Counted from the first letter of the stretch, positions 1 through 11,698 are shown. The stretch is 64,000 nucleotides of DNA from Myxococcota bacterium (GCA_036336835.1 JAYZFK010000062.1:192001-256000); one strand, 5' to 3'. The notes: generated by a model not told the origin, from the letters alone. Numbers and translations are program-made.

Positions 1-2
1 GT

Positions 3-914
3 GCACTGGGGCGGGGACTCGGAGCGCTGATTCCGAGCGGTGAAGCGGGCTTGGCGGCGTCGCGCGCGGCCGATGAGGGGTCGACGCGCCCGGACTCCGA
101 GCGCAGGCCCCTCGAGATCGCTGTCGATGCGATTCAGCCGAACCCCGACCAGCCGCGACGTCACTTCGATCCGGGGCAGCTCGCCGGGCTCGCCGGCTCG
201 ATCGCGCGCCACGGAGTGCTGCAACCCGTGGTCGTGCGTCGCGCCGAAGGTGGCGGCTACGAGCTGATCGTCGGCGAGCGACGCTGGCGAGCGTCGCGTG
301 CAGCCGGTCGCGAGACCGTCCCCGCCGTCGTGGCGGATATCGAGCCGCGCGACCGTCTCGAGCTGGCGATCGTCGAGAACGTCCAGCGTCACGATCTGAA
401 TCCGATCGAGCTCGCCCATGCCTACCGGACCCTCGCCGGCTCGGGTGCGACCCAGGAAGAGATCGGCTCGCGCGTTGGCCTCGATCGTTCGAGCATCGCC
501 AACCATCTGCGCTTGCTCGAGCTGCCACTCGAGTTCCAGCAGGATGTCGAGTTGGGTCGACTCTCGATGGGACATGCCAAAGCGTTGCTGCAGGTGGTGA
601 GCCCGGAGCGGCGGCGATTGCTCCGCGACCGAATCGTACGCGAACAGCTCTCGGTGCGAGCGACCGAGCAGCTTGCGCGCGACTACGCCAAGCCCGGTCG
701 CGCGCGAAAGCCCCAGACGCAGCCATCAGCGCAGGAGGTGAACCGCACGTCTGCCAGCGACGCCAGCCTCGCGTCCCTCGTCGAGCCGCTGCGCCAGGCG
801 CTGCAGACGCAGGTTCGGATCGAGGGCAGCCTGGAGCGCGGGCACATCGAGATCGACTATTTCGGCGCCGAGGATCTAGAGCGCATCGCAGATCTGCTGG
901 TGCGGGGCGCATGA
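3..914 (+). CDS. parB: ParB chromosome partitioning protein (5' end lies upstream of the window)
   Basis: Frame open from nt 3 gives the N-terminal ALGRGLGALIP motif; also NPDQPRR, GERRWRA and ENVQRHDL motifs, an HTH and a C-terminal dimerisation region. Confidence 0.95.
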   Translation, partial: ALGRGLGALIPSGEAGLAASRAADEGSTRPDSERRPLEIAVDAIQPNPDQPRRHFDPGQLAGLAGSIARHGVLQPVVVRRAEGGGYELIVGERRWRASRAAGRETVPAVVADIEPRDRLELAIVENVQRHDLNPIELAHAYRTLAGSGATQEEIGSRVGLDRSSIANHLRLLELPLEFQQDVELGRLSMGHAKALLQVVSPERRRLLRDRIVREQLSVRATEQLARDYAKPGRARKPQTQPSAQEVNRTSASDASLASLVEPLRQALQTQVRIEGSLERGHIEIDYFGAEDLERIADLLVRGA

Positions 915-1324
915 GCCACCCCGTTGCCTCACCGCCCCTGGCGCAACGAAGTGCTGCACCCCTTCGCAGCGACGCGGCTTCACCCTCGGAGCCGATCGCA
1001 GTCCAGCACCGCGGATACTTCGAAGGTCTGCTGACCTTCCGCGGATCGGCCTGTGTGCTCGGCTCGCTGATTGGTGGCGTCAACGCGCGGGGACGGCTGC
1101 GAATCGGCCCGGATGCTCTCGTAGAGGGTGTCATCGTGGTCGATGAGCTCATCGTCGAGGGAAACTTGCGCGGCGACGTGCGAGCGCGCGAGCGCGTCGA
1201 GCTCGGGCCGCGCGCCCGCGTCGAGGGCCGACTCGAGGCTCCGCGCATTGCGTTTCGCGATGGCTGCCGGTTTCGCGGCCCGTGCCGCAGCGGCTCGGCC
1301 CTCCGCGAGGTCGAACTGCCCTGA
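911..1324 (+). CDS. Bactofilin (polymer-forming cytoskeletal protein)
   Basis: Beta-helix repeats (FEGLLTF, LRIGPDALVEG, LIVEGNLRGDV, VELGPRARVEG, GCRFRG); ATGA overlap with parB. Confidence 0.8.
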   Translation: MSHPVASPPLAQRSAAPLRSDAASPSEPIAVQHRGYFEGLLTFRGSACVLGSLIGGVNARGRLRIGPDALVEGVIVVDELIVEGNLRGDVRARERVELGPRARVEGRLEAPRIAFRDGCRFRGPCRSGSALREVELP

Positions 1325-1557
1325 ATCGAGCTCCAATCGGGCATCCCGCGCCTTGAAACTCCACCTGTCTGTGCGACTATCCGCGCCGCTGTGCCCCTGC
1401 CGCGGTGCTGGTCACCGTTGCGGGCGAGCAGGTTCGCCGCGCGATCGCTCGCGACTCGATGATCGGCGCACGTCGACACTGGATCTCGAGCGCGCCACCG
1501 GTTCGAACCGGAGCCGGCCGATTCGATGCCTACTTGACGGATAGGAAGTGGTCGCCT

Positions 1558-2085
1558 GTGAAACGAAGCCACCGCATCGTGCACGCGCTGCTTGCCGCGG
1601 CGGCGTCGCTCGCACCCGGATCCGTCGCCTACGCTGCCTCGGGCGGCGCGCTCAAGCTGATTCCCGAGCTGGAAGGAGTCGTGATCCTGTTGATCGGCTT
1701 CACGATCCTGATCCCCATAGTGAACAGAGTGCTGGTCAAGCCCGTCTTTGCCGTGCTCGACGAACGGGAAGAGAAGATCACTGCCGCGCGCAATCGTGCG
1801 AAGTTGCTCGAGGACAGCGCGAACGAGGTGTTGGCGCGCTACCAGTCGTCCATCCGCGAGGTGCGGGAAGACGCGGAGCGCCAGCGGCGCGAGCAGCTCG
1901 ATGCCGCGCGAGCCGAGCACGCGGAGATCACCGAACGCGCGCGCGGACAAGCGTCGCGCGAGATCGAGCAGAGCCAGGCTGGGTTTCGAGCATCACTCGA
2001 CGAAGCACGGACCGGACTGCGCGCAACCGCCGAGGGTCTGGCTCGCCAGGCGGCCGAGCGCATCCTGGGCAGGGCCATGTCGTGA
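1558..2085 (+). CDS. atpF: F0F1 ATP synthase subunit b'
   Basis: One TM helix followed by a coiled coil (KPVFAVLDEREEKI); GTG start after AGGAAG; first gene of the atp cluster. Confidence 0.85.
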   Translation: MKRSHRIVHALLAAAASLAPGSVAYAASGGALKLIPELEGVVILLIGFTILIPIVNRVLVKPVFAVLDEREEKITAARNRAKLLEDSANEVLARYQSSIREVREDAERQRREQLDAARAEHAEITERARGQASREIEQSQAGFRASLDEARTGLRATAEGLARQAAERILGRAMS

Positions 2086-2663
2086 CGCGCCTCGCGTTGC
2101 TGGTGGCTGGCTGGGTACTCGTTGCGACCCGGCCGGTGTTCGCCGCGAGCGGGGGCGAGGGACACGCGGTCTTCCCGCTCTGGGAGCTCGTCAACTTCGC
2201 GATCCTGGTGGGCGGACTCGTCTACCTGGGGCGCGGCCCGCTGCGTGAGCTGTTTGCGACGCGGCGCGCGACGATCGCAAACGAGATCGAAGCCGCCTCC
2301 GAATTGCTCGCACAGGCCGAGGCGCGCAATGCCGAGTGGCAGCAAAAGATTGCTGACCTCGATCGCGAGCTGGACGTGATCCGCGAGACGGCTCGGCGTC
2401 GCGCCGAGCAGGAGCGGGAGCGTATCCTCGCCGAAGCGAACGAGGCGGCCCAGCGCATCCAGCGCGATGCCGTGGCCTCTGTCGAGCACGAGCTGCGACG
2501 GGCGCAGTCCCAGCTGCGTGAAGAGGCGGCGTCACTCGCGACCGAGCTCGCGGCCGGCATGTTGCGCGATCAAGTCGGCGACGGCGATCGCGATCGGCTG
2601 ATGGATGAGTTCATCTCGAGCGTCGGGACGCCTTCCCGCGCGAGCGCCGGCGGGGAGAGCTGA
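2082..2663 (+). CDS. atpF: F0F1 ATP synthase subunit b
   Basis: WELVNFAILVGGL TM segment followed by a coiled coil; GTGA overlap with b'. Confidence 0.88.
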   Translation: MTRLALLVAGWVLVATRPVFAASGGEGHAVFPLWELVNFAILVGGLVYLGRGPLRELFATRRATIANEIEAASELLAQAEARNAEWQQKIADLDRELDVIRETARRRAEQERERILAEANEAAQRIQRDAVASVEHELRRAQSQLREEAASLATELAAGMLRDQVGDGDRDRLMDEFISSVGTPSRASAGGES

Positions 2664-3208
2664 TGCGAGCCACCGTCGCCGCGCGGCGCTATGCACGTGC
2701 CGTGTTTGCCCTGGCGCGCGAGACGAACTCGCTGACCGACGTGCGTCTCGAGATCGACGAGTTTGCGGCACTGTTGTCGTCCGAGAAGGTGCTGCGCGAT
2801 GCGCTGCTGACGCCGCTCCATCCCGCCTCGGAGCGCAAGGCTGTGGTCTCGGCGATCGCGGCGCGCGCGGGGCTCTCGACTTCGCTGCGTCACTTCCTGT
2901 TGTTCCTGATCGATCAGCGACGGCTGGTCAATTTCGAGGCAATCCACGCCGAGTTCGAGCGGCTGGCCAATGAGGCGTCGGGCCTCGTCACCGCCGAGGT
3001 CGTTGCAGCCGGTGCACTCGACGAGCGCCGGCAGGACCGTCTGCGACGCGCCCTGTCCGACCGCACCGGTCAGGAAGTGCGTCTCGATATCCGAGTCGAT
3101 TCGAACCTGATTGGGGGTGCGATCGCCACCGTTGGCGACACGGTGTTCGACGGCAGCCTCCGCACACAGCTCGAGCGGCTACACGCCAATCTCACGAAGG
3201 GAACCTGA
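2663..3208 (+). CDS. atpH: ATP synthase subunit delta
   Basis: VAARRYARA N-terminus, VDSNLIGG and DGSLRTQL motifs. Confidence 0.95.
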   Translation: MRATVAARRYARAVFALARETNSLTDVRLEIDEFAALLSSEKVLRDALLTPLHPASERKAVVSAIAARAGLSTSLRHFLLFLIDQRRLVNFEAIHAEFERLANEASGLVTAEVVAAGALDERRQDRLRRALSDRTGQEVRLDIRVDSNLIGGAIATVGDTVFDGSLRTQLERLHANLTKGT

Positions 3209-3211
3209 GCG

Positions 3212-4762
3212 ATGGACATCAAGCCGGGTGAGATCACCGAGATCCTCAAGCGAGAGATCCGCGACTACGATCGCGAGATCGACGTTGCCGAGACGGGCAC
3301 CGTACTGAGTGCGGGCGATGGCATTGCTCGCGTCTACGGCCTGGAGAAGGCGCTTGCCGGCGAGCTCGTCGAGTTCCCGGGCGGCGTCAACGGGATGGTG
3401 CTCAACCTCGAAGAAGACAACGTCGGCATCGCCGTAATGGGCGAGGCCGCCCATATCAAGGAAGGTGATCTGGTGCGCCGGACCGGGCGCATCGTCGAGG
3501 TCCAGGTCGGCGAAGGCCTGCTCGGCCGTGTGCTCGACGGCCTCGGCCAGCCGATCGATGGCAAGGGACCGGTCGAGAGCAGCGAGTCGCGCCGCATCGA
3601 GGTCAAGGCGCCGGGCATCGTGACCCGCAAGTCGGTCAGCGAGCCGTTGATGACCGGCGTCAAGGCGATCGATGCGATGACGCCCATTGGCCGGGGCCAG
3701 CGCGAATTGATCATCGGCGACCGTCAGACGGGCAAGACCGCGATCGCAATCGACACGATCATCAACCAGAAGGACACCGACGTCTTCTGCATCTACGTGG
3801 CCACGGGCCAGAAGCAGTCGACCGTGGCCCAGGTGGTCGACAAGCTCACGCAACACGGTGCCATGGACTACACGATCATCGTTGCTGCGACGGCAGCGGA
3901 CCCTGCTCCGCTGCAGTTTCTGTCGCCGTACACCGGCTGCACGATGGGCGAGTGGTTCCGCGACAACGGTAAGCATGCGCTGATCATCTACGACGATCTC
4001 TCCAAGCAGGCGGTTTCCTATCGTCAGCTCTCGCTCCTGCTGCGCCGGCCGCCGGGCCGTGAGGCCTACCCGGGCGACGTCTTCTATCTGCACTCGCGGC
4101 TGCTCGAACGCGCCGCAAAGCTCGATGATTCCCTGGGCGGCGGTAGCCTGACGGCGCTGCCCATCATCGAGACACAGGCGGGCGACGTGTCGGCGTACAT
4201 CCCGACCAACGTCATCTCGATCACCGACGGCCAGATCTTCCTCGAGACCGATCTGTTCAACTCGGGCATCCGACCCGCGGTGAACGTCGGACTGTCGGTG
4301 TCGCGGGTGGGCGGCGCCGCACAGACCAAGGCGATGAAGTCGGTCGCAGGGACGCTCAAGCTCAGCCTGGCGCAGTACCGGGAGATGGCCGCCTTCTCGC
4401 AGTTCGGCTCGGACCTGGACAAGACCACGCAGGAGCAGCTCGCCAACGGCGAACGCCAGACGGAGATCCTCAAGCAGCCACAGTACGCACCGCTCAAGAT
4501 GGAAGAGCAGGTGGTGTCGATCTACGCGGCGACGCCGCAACGAAACCGCGACTCGTGGGTGCGCGGGCTCGAGATCGAAGACATCAGCCGCTATGAGGCC
4601 GAGATGCTCGACTTCGTGCGCTCGAGCCACGGCGAGGTCCTCGCGGATATCCGCAGCTCCGGGAAGCTCGAGGAGGAGGCGGAGCAGAAACTGATCGGGG
4701 CGCTCGATGCGTTTGCGGACGTGTTCCAGTCCAGCACCGGTGGTGCGACCGAGGCCGCCTGA
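3212..4762 (+). CDS. atpA: ATP synthase subunit alpha
   Basis: GDRQTGKT P-loop, [12 protein letters not shown] and [13 protein letters not shown] motifs. Confidence 0.99.
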   Translation: MDIKPGEITEILKREIRDYDREIDVAETGTVLSAGDGIARVYGLEKALAGELVEFPGGVNGMVLNLEEDNVGIAVMGEAAHIKEGDLVRRTGRIVEVQVGEGLLGRVLDGLGQPIDGKGPVESSESRRIEVKAPGIVTRKSVSEPLMTGVKAIDAMTPIGRGQRELIIGDRQTGKTAIAIDTIINQKDTDVFCIYVATGQKQSTVAQVVDKLTQHGAMDYTIIVAATAADPAPLQFLSPYTGCTMGEWFRDNGKHALIIYDDLSKQAVSYRQLSLLLRRPPGREAYPGDVFYLHSRLLERAAKLDDSLGGGSLTALPIIETQAGDVSAYIPTNVISITDGQIFLETDLFNSGIRPAVNVGLSVSRVGGAAQTKAMKSVAGTLKLSLAQYREMAAFSQFGSDLDKTTQEQLANGERQTEILKQPQYAPLKMEEQVVSIYAATPQRNRDSWVRGLEIEDISRYEAEMLDFVRSSHGEVLADIRSSGKLEEEAEQKLIGALDAFADVFQSSTGGATEAA

Positions 4763-4764
4763 CT

Positions 4765-5631
4765 GTGGCGAACCTGAAGGACATCAAGCGCCGGATCGGC
4801 AGCGTCGAGAAGACGCAGCAGATCACGTCCGCGATGCGGATGGTCGCTGCAGCCAAGCTGCGGCGGGCCGAGGCTGCGATCCGGTCTGCGCGACCGTACG
4901 CCGAGCGCATGAAGCGCACTCTCGGCGAGCTCGCAGCTGCTGGCGGCGTCGAGCATCCGCTGCTCGAGGAGCGTGCAGAGATCAAGCGACTCGAAGTCGT
5001 CGCCATCACCTCGGACCGGGGCCTGGCCGGCGCCTTCAACGCGAGCGTGCTGAAGGCCGCCGAGGTGGTGATCGCTGCTCGCTCCGGCGGCATCGACGAG
5101 CTGTTCGTCACCGCGATTGGGCGCAAGGCGGGCGAGCACATGAGGCGCAGACACGCGGCTCAGCTGCGCGAGGTGATCGAGACCGGCTCGGGCTGGATCG
5201 AGTACGAATGGGCAGCGGTGATCGCGCGTCGGCTGGCCGACCGCTACGCCAGCGGTGCGGCCGACGAGATCGTCGTCGTCTACAACGAGTTCAAGAGCGT
5301 GATGACACAGACGCCTGTCACGGTGCAGCTGCTGCCCCTCGCGCCCGAAGACGACGCGATCGACGTCGATGCTCTTCCCTATACGTTCGAGCCGAGCGCC
5401 GAGAAGCTGCTCGCCACGCTCGTGCCCCGCGCGATCGAGGTGGAGATCTTCCGCGCCGTGCTCGAGAACCAGGCCGGTGAGCACGCCGCGCGGATGACCG
5501 CGATGGAGAGCGCAACGCGCAACACCAAGGATCTGATCGAGTCGCTGACGCTCGAGTACAACCGCGCACGCCAGGCCGCGATCACCAAGGAGCTGGTGGA
5601 GATCGTATCCGGCGCGCAGGCTCTGGAATAG
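4765..5631 (+). CDS. atpG: ATP synthase subunit gamma
   Basis: ITSAMRMVAAAK, ITSDRGL and NRARQAAITKELVEIVSGA motifs. Confidence 0.99.
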   Translation: MANLKDIKRRIGSVEKTQQITSAMRMVAAAKLRRAEAAIRSARPYAERMKRTLGELAAAGGVEHPLLEERAEIKRLEVVAITSDRGLAGAFNASVLKAAEVVIAARSGGIDELFVTAIGRKAGEHMRRRHAAQLREVIETGSGWIEYEWAAVIARRLADRYASGAADEIVVVYNEFKSVMTQTPVTVQLLPLAPEDDAIDVDALPYTFEPSAEKLLATLVPRAIEVEIFRAVLENQAGEHAARMTAMESATRNTKDLIESLTLEYNRARQAAITKELVEIVSGAQALE

Positions 5632-7092
<1,461 letters not shown>

Positions 7093-7094
7093 TC

Positions 7095-7502
7095 ATGGGG
7101 CTGCAGCTCACGGTCGTGACGCCGGAAGGCCAGGCCTACGACGGCGAGGTCGAGCAGGTCGTGCTGCCGGGCACGGAGGGCGACTTTGGCGTGCTCGAAC
7201 GGCACGAGCGTTTCCTGACCTCGTTGCGCCCCGGTGTGCTCGAGATCCTCCGGAGCGGGGGCAGCGAATGGGCCGCCACGAGCGATGGGTTTGCCGACGT
7301 CGGCGGCGACAAGGTGACCGTGCTGGTTTCGCGCTGTGATTTGAAGGCGGACCTCGACAGCGCGGTGATCGCGGGCGAGATCAGCGAGCTCGAGGCGGGT
7401 CTCGATCAGCTGTCCGGCTCGGACCAGGACGCGTCCGAGCGCGCTGAGCTCGAGCTTCAGCTCGCTGCCGCAAGGGTCCGGCTGGAAGTCGCCAACAAGT
7501 AA
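7095..7502 (+). CDS. atpC: ATP synthase subunit epsilon
   Basis: LTVVTPEG and PGTEGDFGVL motifs; last gene of the atp cluster. Confidence 0.95.
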   Translation: MGLQLTVVTPEGQAYDGEVEQVVLPGTEGDFGVLERHERFLTSLRPGVLEILRSGGSEWAATSDGFADVGGDKVTVLVSRCDLKADLDSAVIAGEISELEAGLDQLSGSDQDASERAELELQLAAARVRLEVANK

Positions 7503-7532
7503 AAGGTTCCGGGTTCGCGTCCTCCGGCGCTG

Positions 7533-8093
7533 CTAGCGGCGGGCGGACAGCTTGAGCTTGACCCGTCCGCCCTCGACCACGACGCGGAAGTCGACTTCGT
7601 CGCACCCGAGCTTCTCGCGAACGGCGACCGCTTGCCTGGCCACCACCCGCTCGAGCCTCTCCGGTGTGAGCGCTGTGACGTCCTGACCACATGCAAGGGC
7701 TGCGTCCCGGTAGTCCTCGAACAGGTCGCGAGGGCCTCCAGCCGCCGCCTTCCCTTGGTGCTTCGGCGCGTCGCGCTGTGCGATTCCGCGCTCGCGTTCA
7801 TGCAGTCCGGCCTTGAAGAGGTGGCGCTTGTAGGTGCCGTTCTCGATCTCGCGCAACGTATTGTCCCAGCGCCGCTTGAAGGTCTGGAAGCGCGAGTGGA
7901 TGCTGCCGAACCGGAAGCGCAGCGCGGTGTTCGGAATCGGCCTGGCAAGTTGCTGATGGAACAGCTTCTGCACTTCGTCCCGCAGCCGTTGGGGCGCGCG
8001 GGGACGGCTGCCGAGGAAGTACTGCTCGTAGGCGCGCTCGAGCTGCTTCACCTTCGATTCGATGGCGAGAAGGCCCTCTCCAGCAGTCGCCAC
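7533..8093 (-). CDS. Conserved hypothetical protein, MXAN_5187 C-terminal-domain-like
   Basis: YEQYFLG, NTALRFRF and IENGTYKR segments; C-terminal VDFRVVVEGGRVKLK; GTG start after GGAGGTGG. Confidence 0.7.
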   Translation of the reverse strand: MATAGEGLLAIESKVKQLERAYEQYFLGSRPRAPQRLRDEVQKLFHQQLARPIPNTALRFRFGSIHSRFQTFKRRWDNTLREIENGTYKRHLFKAGLHERERGIAQRDAPKHQGKAAAGGPRDLFEDYRDAALACGQDVTALTPERLERVVARQAVAVREKLGCDEVDFRVVVEGGRVKLKLSARR

Positions 8094-8185
8094 CTGACCA
8101 CCTCCCAAATCGGGTCCATCGACGCTCAGATCGGGTCTCTTTAGCTACACTTTGGTGGCTTGGCGGGGTTGCCGATACGCTGCGT

Positions 8186-9430
8186 GTGGCCCGAATCCTC
8201 TTCAGCAACGCAAGCTTGCTCGATCCGGAGGGCCGCGGCCCGATCTCGCAGGGCTGGCTGCTCGTCGAGGACGGCAGGATTGCGGAAACCGGTGAAGGGG
8301 AGCCCCCGAAGGGAATCGAGGCCCGGGTTCTCGATCTCGACGGCATGAACTTGGCTCCGGGCTTCATCGACCTGCACTTCCACGGCGACCTGGCTTCGGC
8401 GCGTGGGACGGACCTCGCCCCAACCCTCCGCGACACCGCGTGGAGCCTCGCCAGCCGGGGTACCACGGCGTTTCTGGCCACCACGGTGTCGCTGCAGATC
8501 GATCAACTCGTCGACTTCGTGACCCAGATCGCCCCCCTGACGCCGGATGCCGGGGTCGGGGCGAGCTGTCTCGGGATCCATCTCGAAGGCCCCTGGATTC
8601 ACCCCCAGCTCGCGGGCGCACACGAGGCCGTCAACATCCGTCCCTACCAGAGTGGCGAGGCCCGTGAGCTGATCGCCCGGGCCGATCACTCGCTGGCGAT
8701 GGTGACACTCGCGCCCGAGGTGGCGGGAGGGCTCACCGCTGTCGAGCAGCTGCGCCACGCGGGTCTGGTGGTGGCGATCGGTCACTCCCGGGCCGAGCCA
8801 CCCTGCATCGAGCAGGCCGTTGCACGCGGGATGACGCATGTCACGCACCTGTTCAACGCGATGACGCCAGCCCACCATCGCGACCTCGGCGTCGCCGGCT
8901 GTGGCCTGACCGACGACCGTTTGACCGCCGACCTGATCTGCGACGGGGTGCACGTCGACCCCAAGATGGTCCGCTTGGCGGCACGCGCCAAGGGCGATCG
9001 GCTGTGCCTGATCTCGGACCAGGTGGGTCGCGAGCTCGGCGGCCAGCGACTCCAGCGCGACGGCTGCGTCTGGCGGACGGCCGAAGGTCAGCTGGCGGGG
9101 AGCGCCATCCCGCTCGCGCAGTCGCTCGCTTGCTTCCTGGCCTACAGCGGCGTGGAGCTCCGCGAGGCCGTGGCGGCAGTGAGCCTGCGCCCGGCCCGCG
9201 TGCTGGGAATCGAGTCACAGCGCGGCACCCTGCGCAGGGGGGCGCGCGCGGACCTGGTGGTGCTCGATCGCGATCTGCGGGTCGACGCTACCTGGCTCGC
9301 CGGCCGCCGGCTCGAGCCCAGGTGCTCGGTCGTCGGGCGGGCGATCGTCTCGGGCCGCAGCAGCTCGGTGCCGCCGCCCGGGATCTCGAACGTCTCTGCG
9401 CCCCTGGCGTTGTCTCGCGTTGTGTCGTAG
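8186..9430 (+). CDS. nagA: N-acetylglucosamine-6-phosphate deacetylase
   Basis: PGFIDLHFHG, HLEGP, GHS, THLFNAM and DGVHV motifs; C-terminus extends antisense into bioB. Confidence 0.88.
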   Translation: MARILFSNASLLDPEGRGPISQGWLLVEDGRIAETGEGEPPKGIEARVLDLDGMNLAPGFIDLHFHGDLASARGTDLAPTLRDTAWSLASRGTTAFLATTVSLQIDQLVDFVTQIAPLTPDAGVGASCLGIHLEGPWIHPQLAGAHEAVNIRPYQSGEARELIARADHSLAMVTLAPEVAGGLTAVEQLRHAGLVVAIGHSRAEPPCIEQAVARGMTHVTHLFNAMTPAHHRDLGVAGCGLTDDRLTADLICDGVHVDPKMVRLAARAKGDRLCLISDQVGRELGGQRLQRDGCVWRTAEGQLAGSAIPLAQSLACFLAYSGVELREAVAAVSLRPARVLGIESQRGTLRRGARADLVVLDRDLRVDATWLAGRRLEPRCSVVGRAIVSGRSSSVPPPGISNVSAPLALSRVVS

Positions 9431-10410
9431 AGCGGGTTGCCGTCGATCTCGAAGCCGGCGTCGCGGATCATGCGGTAGGTCTGTCCGACGGGATCGCCGC
9501 GTGTCGTCAGGTAGCCATCGACGAACAAAGAGTTCGCCGGGTAGAGCGCCAGCGCTTCGAGTGAGCGGAGATGACCTTCGCGGCCCGCCGCAACCCGGAT
9601 CTCGGCAGCAGGGTTGACGAGTCGCATCAGGCATAACGTGCGCAGGCAGTGCTCGGGTGTCAACGATCCGTCGTCCGTGATCTGGTTGCCCTCGATGGGA
9701 ATCAGGAAGTTCACCGGGATCGATGGCACCTCGAGCTCGCGCAGGCGCAGCGCCACCTCGATCAGGTCCTTCGACGTCTCGCCCATCCCGACGATCAAGC
9801 CGCTGCAAGGCTCGATGCCGCACTGCTTGGCCGCTCGCAGTGTGTCGATGCGATCCTGGTAGGTGTGCGTCGAGCAGATCTTGTCGTAGTTGGTTTCACT
9901 GGTGTTCAGGTTGTGGTTCAATCGGTCGAGGCCCGCATCGGCCAGGATGCGCGCGTGCTCCGTGCCTAGCAATCCGATCGAGAGGCAGACTTCGATCGGG
10001 TACTGCTGCTTGACCTTGCGCACGATCTCGGCGAGCCGCTTCGCACCCGCGATCGTCGGGCCGCGGCCGGACATCACCATGCAGTAGCGGCTGGCTCCAG
10101 CACGCGCCGCGGCCTCGGCCTCGGCCAGGATCTCATGCTCGCTCTTCATCGAGTACTTGCGGATCGGCGCGGTCGAGTCCTTGTTCTGCGAGCAGTAGCC
10201 GCAGTCCTCGGGGCACAGGCCGTTCTGCACGTTGTTGAGCACGTGCACCATCACCCTGCGGCCGAAGTGCTTGCGGCGTGGCGCGAAGGCGGCCTGAAGC
10301 AACGGGAGCAGATCGAGGTCGTCGCCTTCGAGGATCCACAGGCACTGCGCTTCGCTGGGCGCGTCGCCCGCGCAGGCGCGCTCGGCCAGTGCTGCATAGG
10401 GTTCGAGCAT
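9142..10410 (-). CDS. bioB: Biotin synthase (radical SAM)
   Basis: CPEDCGYCSQ radical SAM motif, NHNLNTS, CSGLIVGMGE, SIPVNFL, ANSLFVDGYLTT. Confidence 0.96.
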   Translation of the reverse strand: MLEPYAALAERACAGDAPSEAQCLWILEGDDLDLLPLLQAAFAPRRKHFGRRVMVHVLNNVQNGLCPEDCGYCSQNKDSTAPIRKYSMKSEHEILAEAEAAARAGASRYCMVMSGRGPTIAGAKRLAEIVRKVKQQYPIEVCLSIGLLGTEHARILADAGLDRLNHNLNTSETNYDKICSTHTYQDRIDTLRAAKQCGIEPCSGLIVGMGETSKDLIEVALRLRELEVPSIPVNFLIPIEGNQITDDGSLTPEHCLRTLCLMRLVNPAAEIRVAAGREGHLRSLEALALYPANSLFVDGYLTTRGDPVGQTYRMIRDAGFEIDGNPLYDTTRDNARGAETFEIPGGGTELLRPETIARPTTEHLGSSRRPASQVASTRRSRSSTTRSARAPLRRVPRCDSIPSTRAGRRLTAATASRSSTPL

Positions 10411-10460
10411 TCGGGGCCCCTTTCCACCTTCGATCGATCGCGGCGGCCCAGGCTAGCGCA

Positions 10461-10492
10461 CTGTCAACCGTGCCTTGATGGAAGGTCGACAG
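10461..10492. promoter_or_regulatory. Candidate BirA-type biotin operator
   Basis: CTGTCAACC-N14-GGTCGACAG inverted repeat (8/9 symmetric) ~50 nt upstream of the bioB start. Confidence 0.65.
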
Positions 10493-10562
10493 GTCGTTGT
10501 GAACCCGCGGTCGCGCGGGCGTGAACTCGCGTCAACTGTTTGATTTCACTTTACTTTCTACT

Positions 10563-10590
10563 TTGACAGACGATCGGCCGCTGCTAGGCT
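10563..10590 (+). promoter_or_regulatory. Sigma70-type promoter for ispB
   Basis: TTGACA-N16-TAGGCT, ending 9 nt before ATG 10600, preceded by an AT-rich tract. Confidence 0.5.
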
Positions 10591-10599
10591 CGCGGGCCC

Positions 10600-11658
10600 A
10601 TGGCCGAACATCCCCCGCAGCGGCGCAGCGAGGCGACGGATGAGCGCGCCGCCCACCTGATTGCGCTGGTCTTCGAGGGTGTGGCGGAGAGCCTGCGCCA
10701 GGTCGAGCACGCACTCCACGATCAGCTCGATTCCGAGGCCGAACTGATCGGCACGATCGGAGATCACGTCTTCGCGTCGGGCGGCAAACGCCTGCGCCCG
10801 GCCCTGCTGTGCCTGGCTGCCGAGATGTGCGGTTACACCGGCCCGCGCCGGATCCAGCTCGCCGCAGCGCTCGAGCTCGTCCACAGTGCCACGCTGTTGC
10901 ACGATGACGTGGTCGATCTCGCGACCGTGCGTCGTGGCAAGCCGGCGGCGAACGTGGTCTGGGGCAACAAGCGCTCGATCCTGGCCGGTGACTTCCTCTA
11001 CGCCCGTGCCTCGAGAATGGTCGTCGAGGACGGCAGCGCCTCGGTCCTGCGCATCTTTACCCGGTGCATGCAGGCGATGTCGGAAGGCGAGCTGCTACAG
11101 CTCGAGCGCAGCTTCGATGCGGATGTGCCCGAAGCCCACTACTACAAGGTGATCGAGCGCAAGAGCGCCACGCTGCTCAGTGCCGCCTGCGAGTGTGGTG
11201 CAGTGGTTGCGGGCGTAACGCGCGCAGAGCAGCGGCGCGTGGCTGAGTTCGGGCGCGAGCTCGGGCTTGCGTTCCAGATTCGCGACGACGCGCTCGACTA
11301 CGAAGCCGACGAGCGCGAGCTCGGCAAGCACCGCTACGCGGATCTGCGAGAGGGCAAGGTGACGCTACCGCTGCTGCTCGCGCTCAAGCGTTGTACCACC
11401 GGTGAACGCGAGATGGTCTCGTCGCTGCTCAAGACGCTCGCGGCCGAGGCGCTCGAGTACGGCGAGGCACAGCGCGCGGTCGACGAGATTGCGCCGGCGC
11501 TCGAGCTGGTGCGCCGGTATCGCGCGATCGACGACACGATGCGCCGTGCCGAGGAACACGTTCAGCAGGCCACCGAGGCCATCGCCCCGTTCGAGGACGG
11601 ACCGGCCAAGCAGGCTCTGCTCGCCGCCGCCGCCTTTGCCGCAATGCGCGATCGCTGA
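10600..11658 (+). CDS. ispB: Polyprenyl (octaprenyl-type) diphosphate synthase
   Basis: GGKRLRP, LLHDDVVD (FARM), FQIRDDALD (SARM) and DLREGKVTLP motifs. Confidence 0.9.
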   Translation: MAEHPPQRRSEATDERAAHLIALVFEGVAESLRQVEHALHDQLDSEAELIGTIGDHVFASGGKRLRPALLCLAAEMCGYTGPRRIQLAAALELVHSATLLHDDVVDLATVRRGKPAANVVWGNKRSILAGDFLYARASRMVVEDGSASVLRIFTRCMQAMSEGELLQLERSFDADVPEAHYYKVIERKSATLLSAACECGAVVAGVTRAEQRRVAEFGRELGLAFQIRDDALDYEADERELGKHRYADLREGKVTLPLLLALKRCTTGEREMVSSLLKTLAAEALEYGEAQRAVDEIAPALELVRRYRAIDDTMRRAEEHVQQATEAIAPFEDGPAKQALLAAAAFAAMRDR

Positions 11659-11698
11659 TCGCGACCCTCACCCCCGCGGTCCCGCGGAGAAACTCGAG

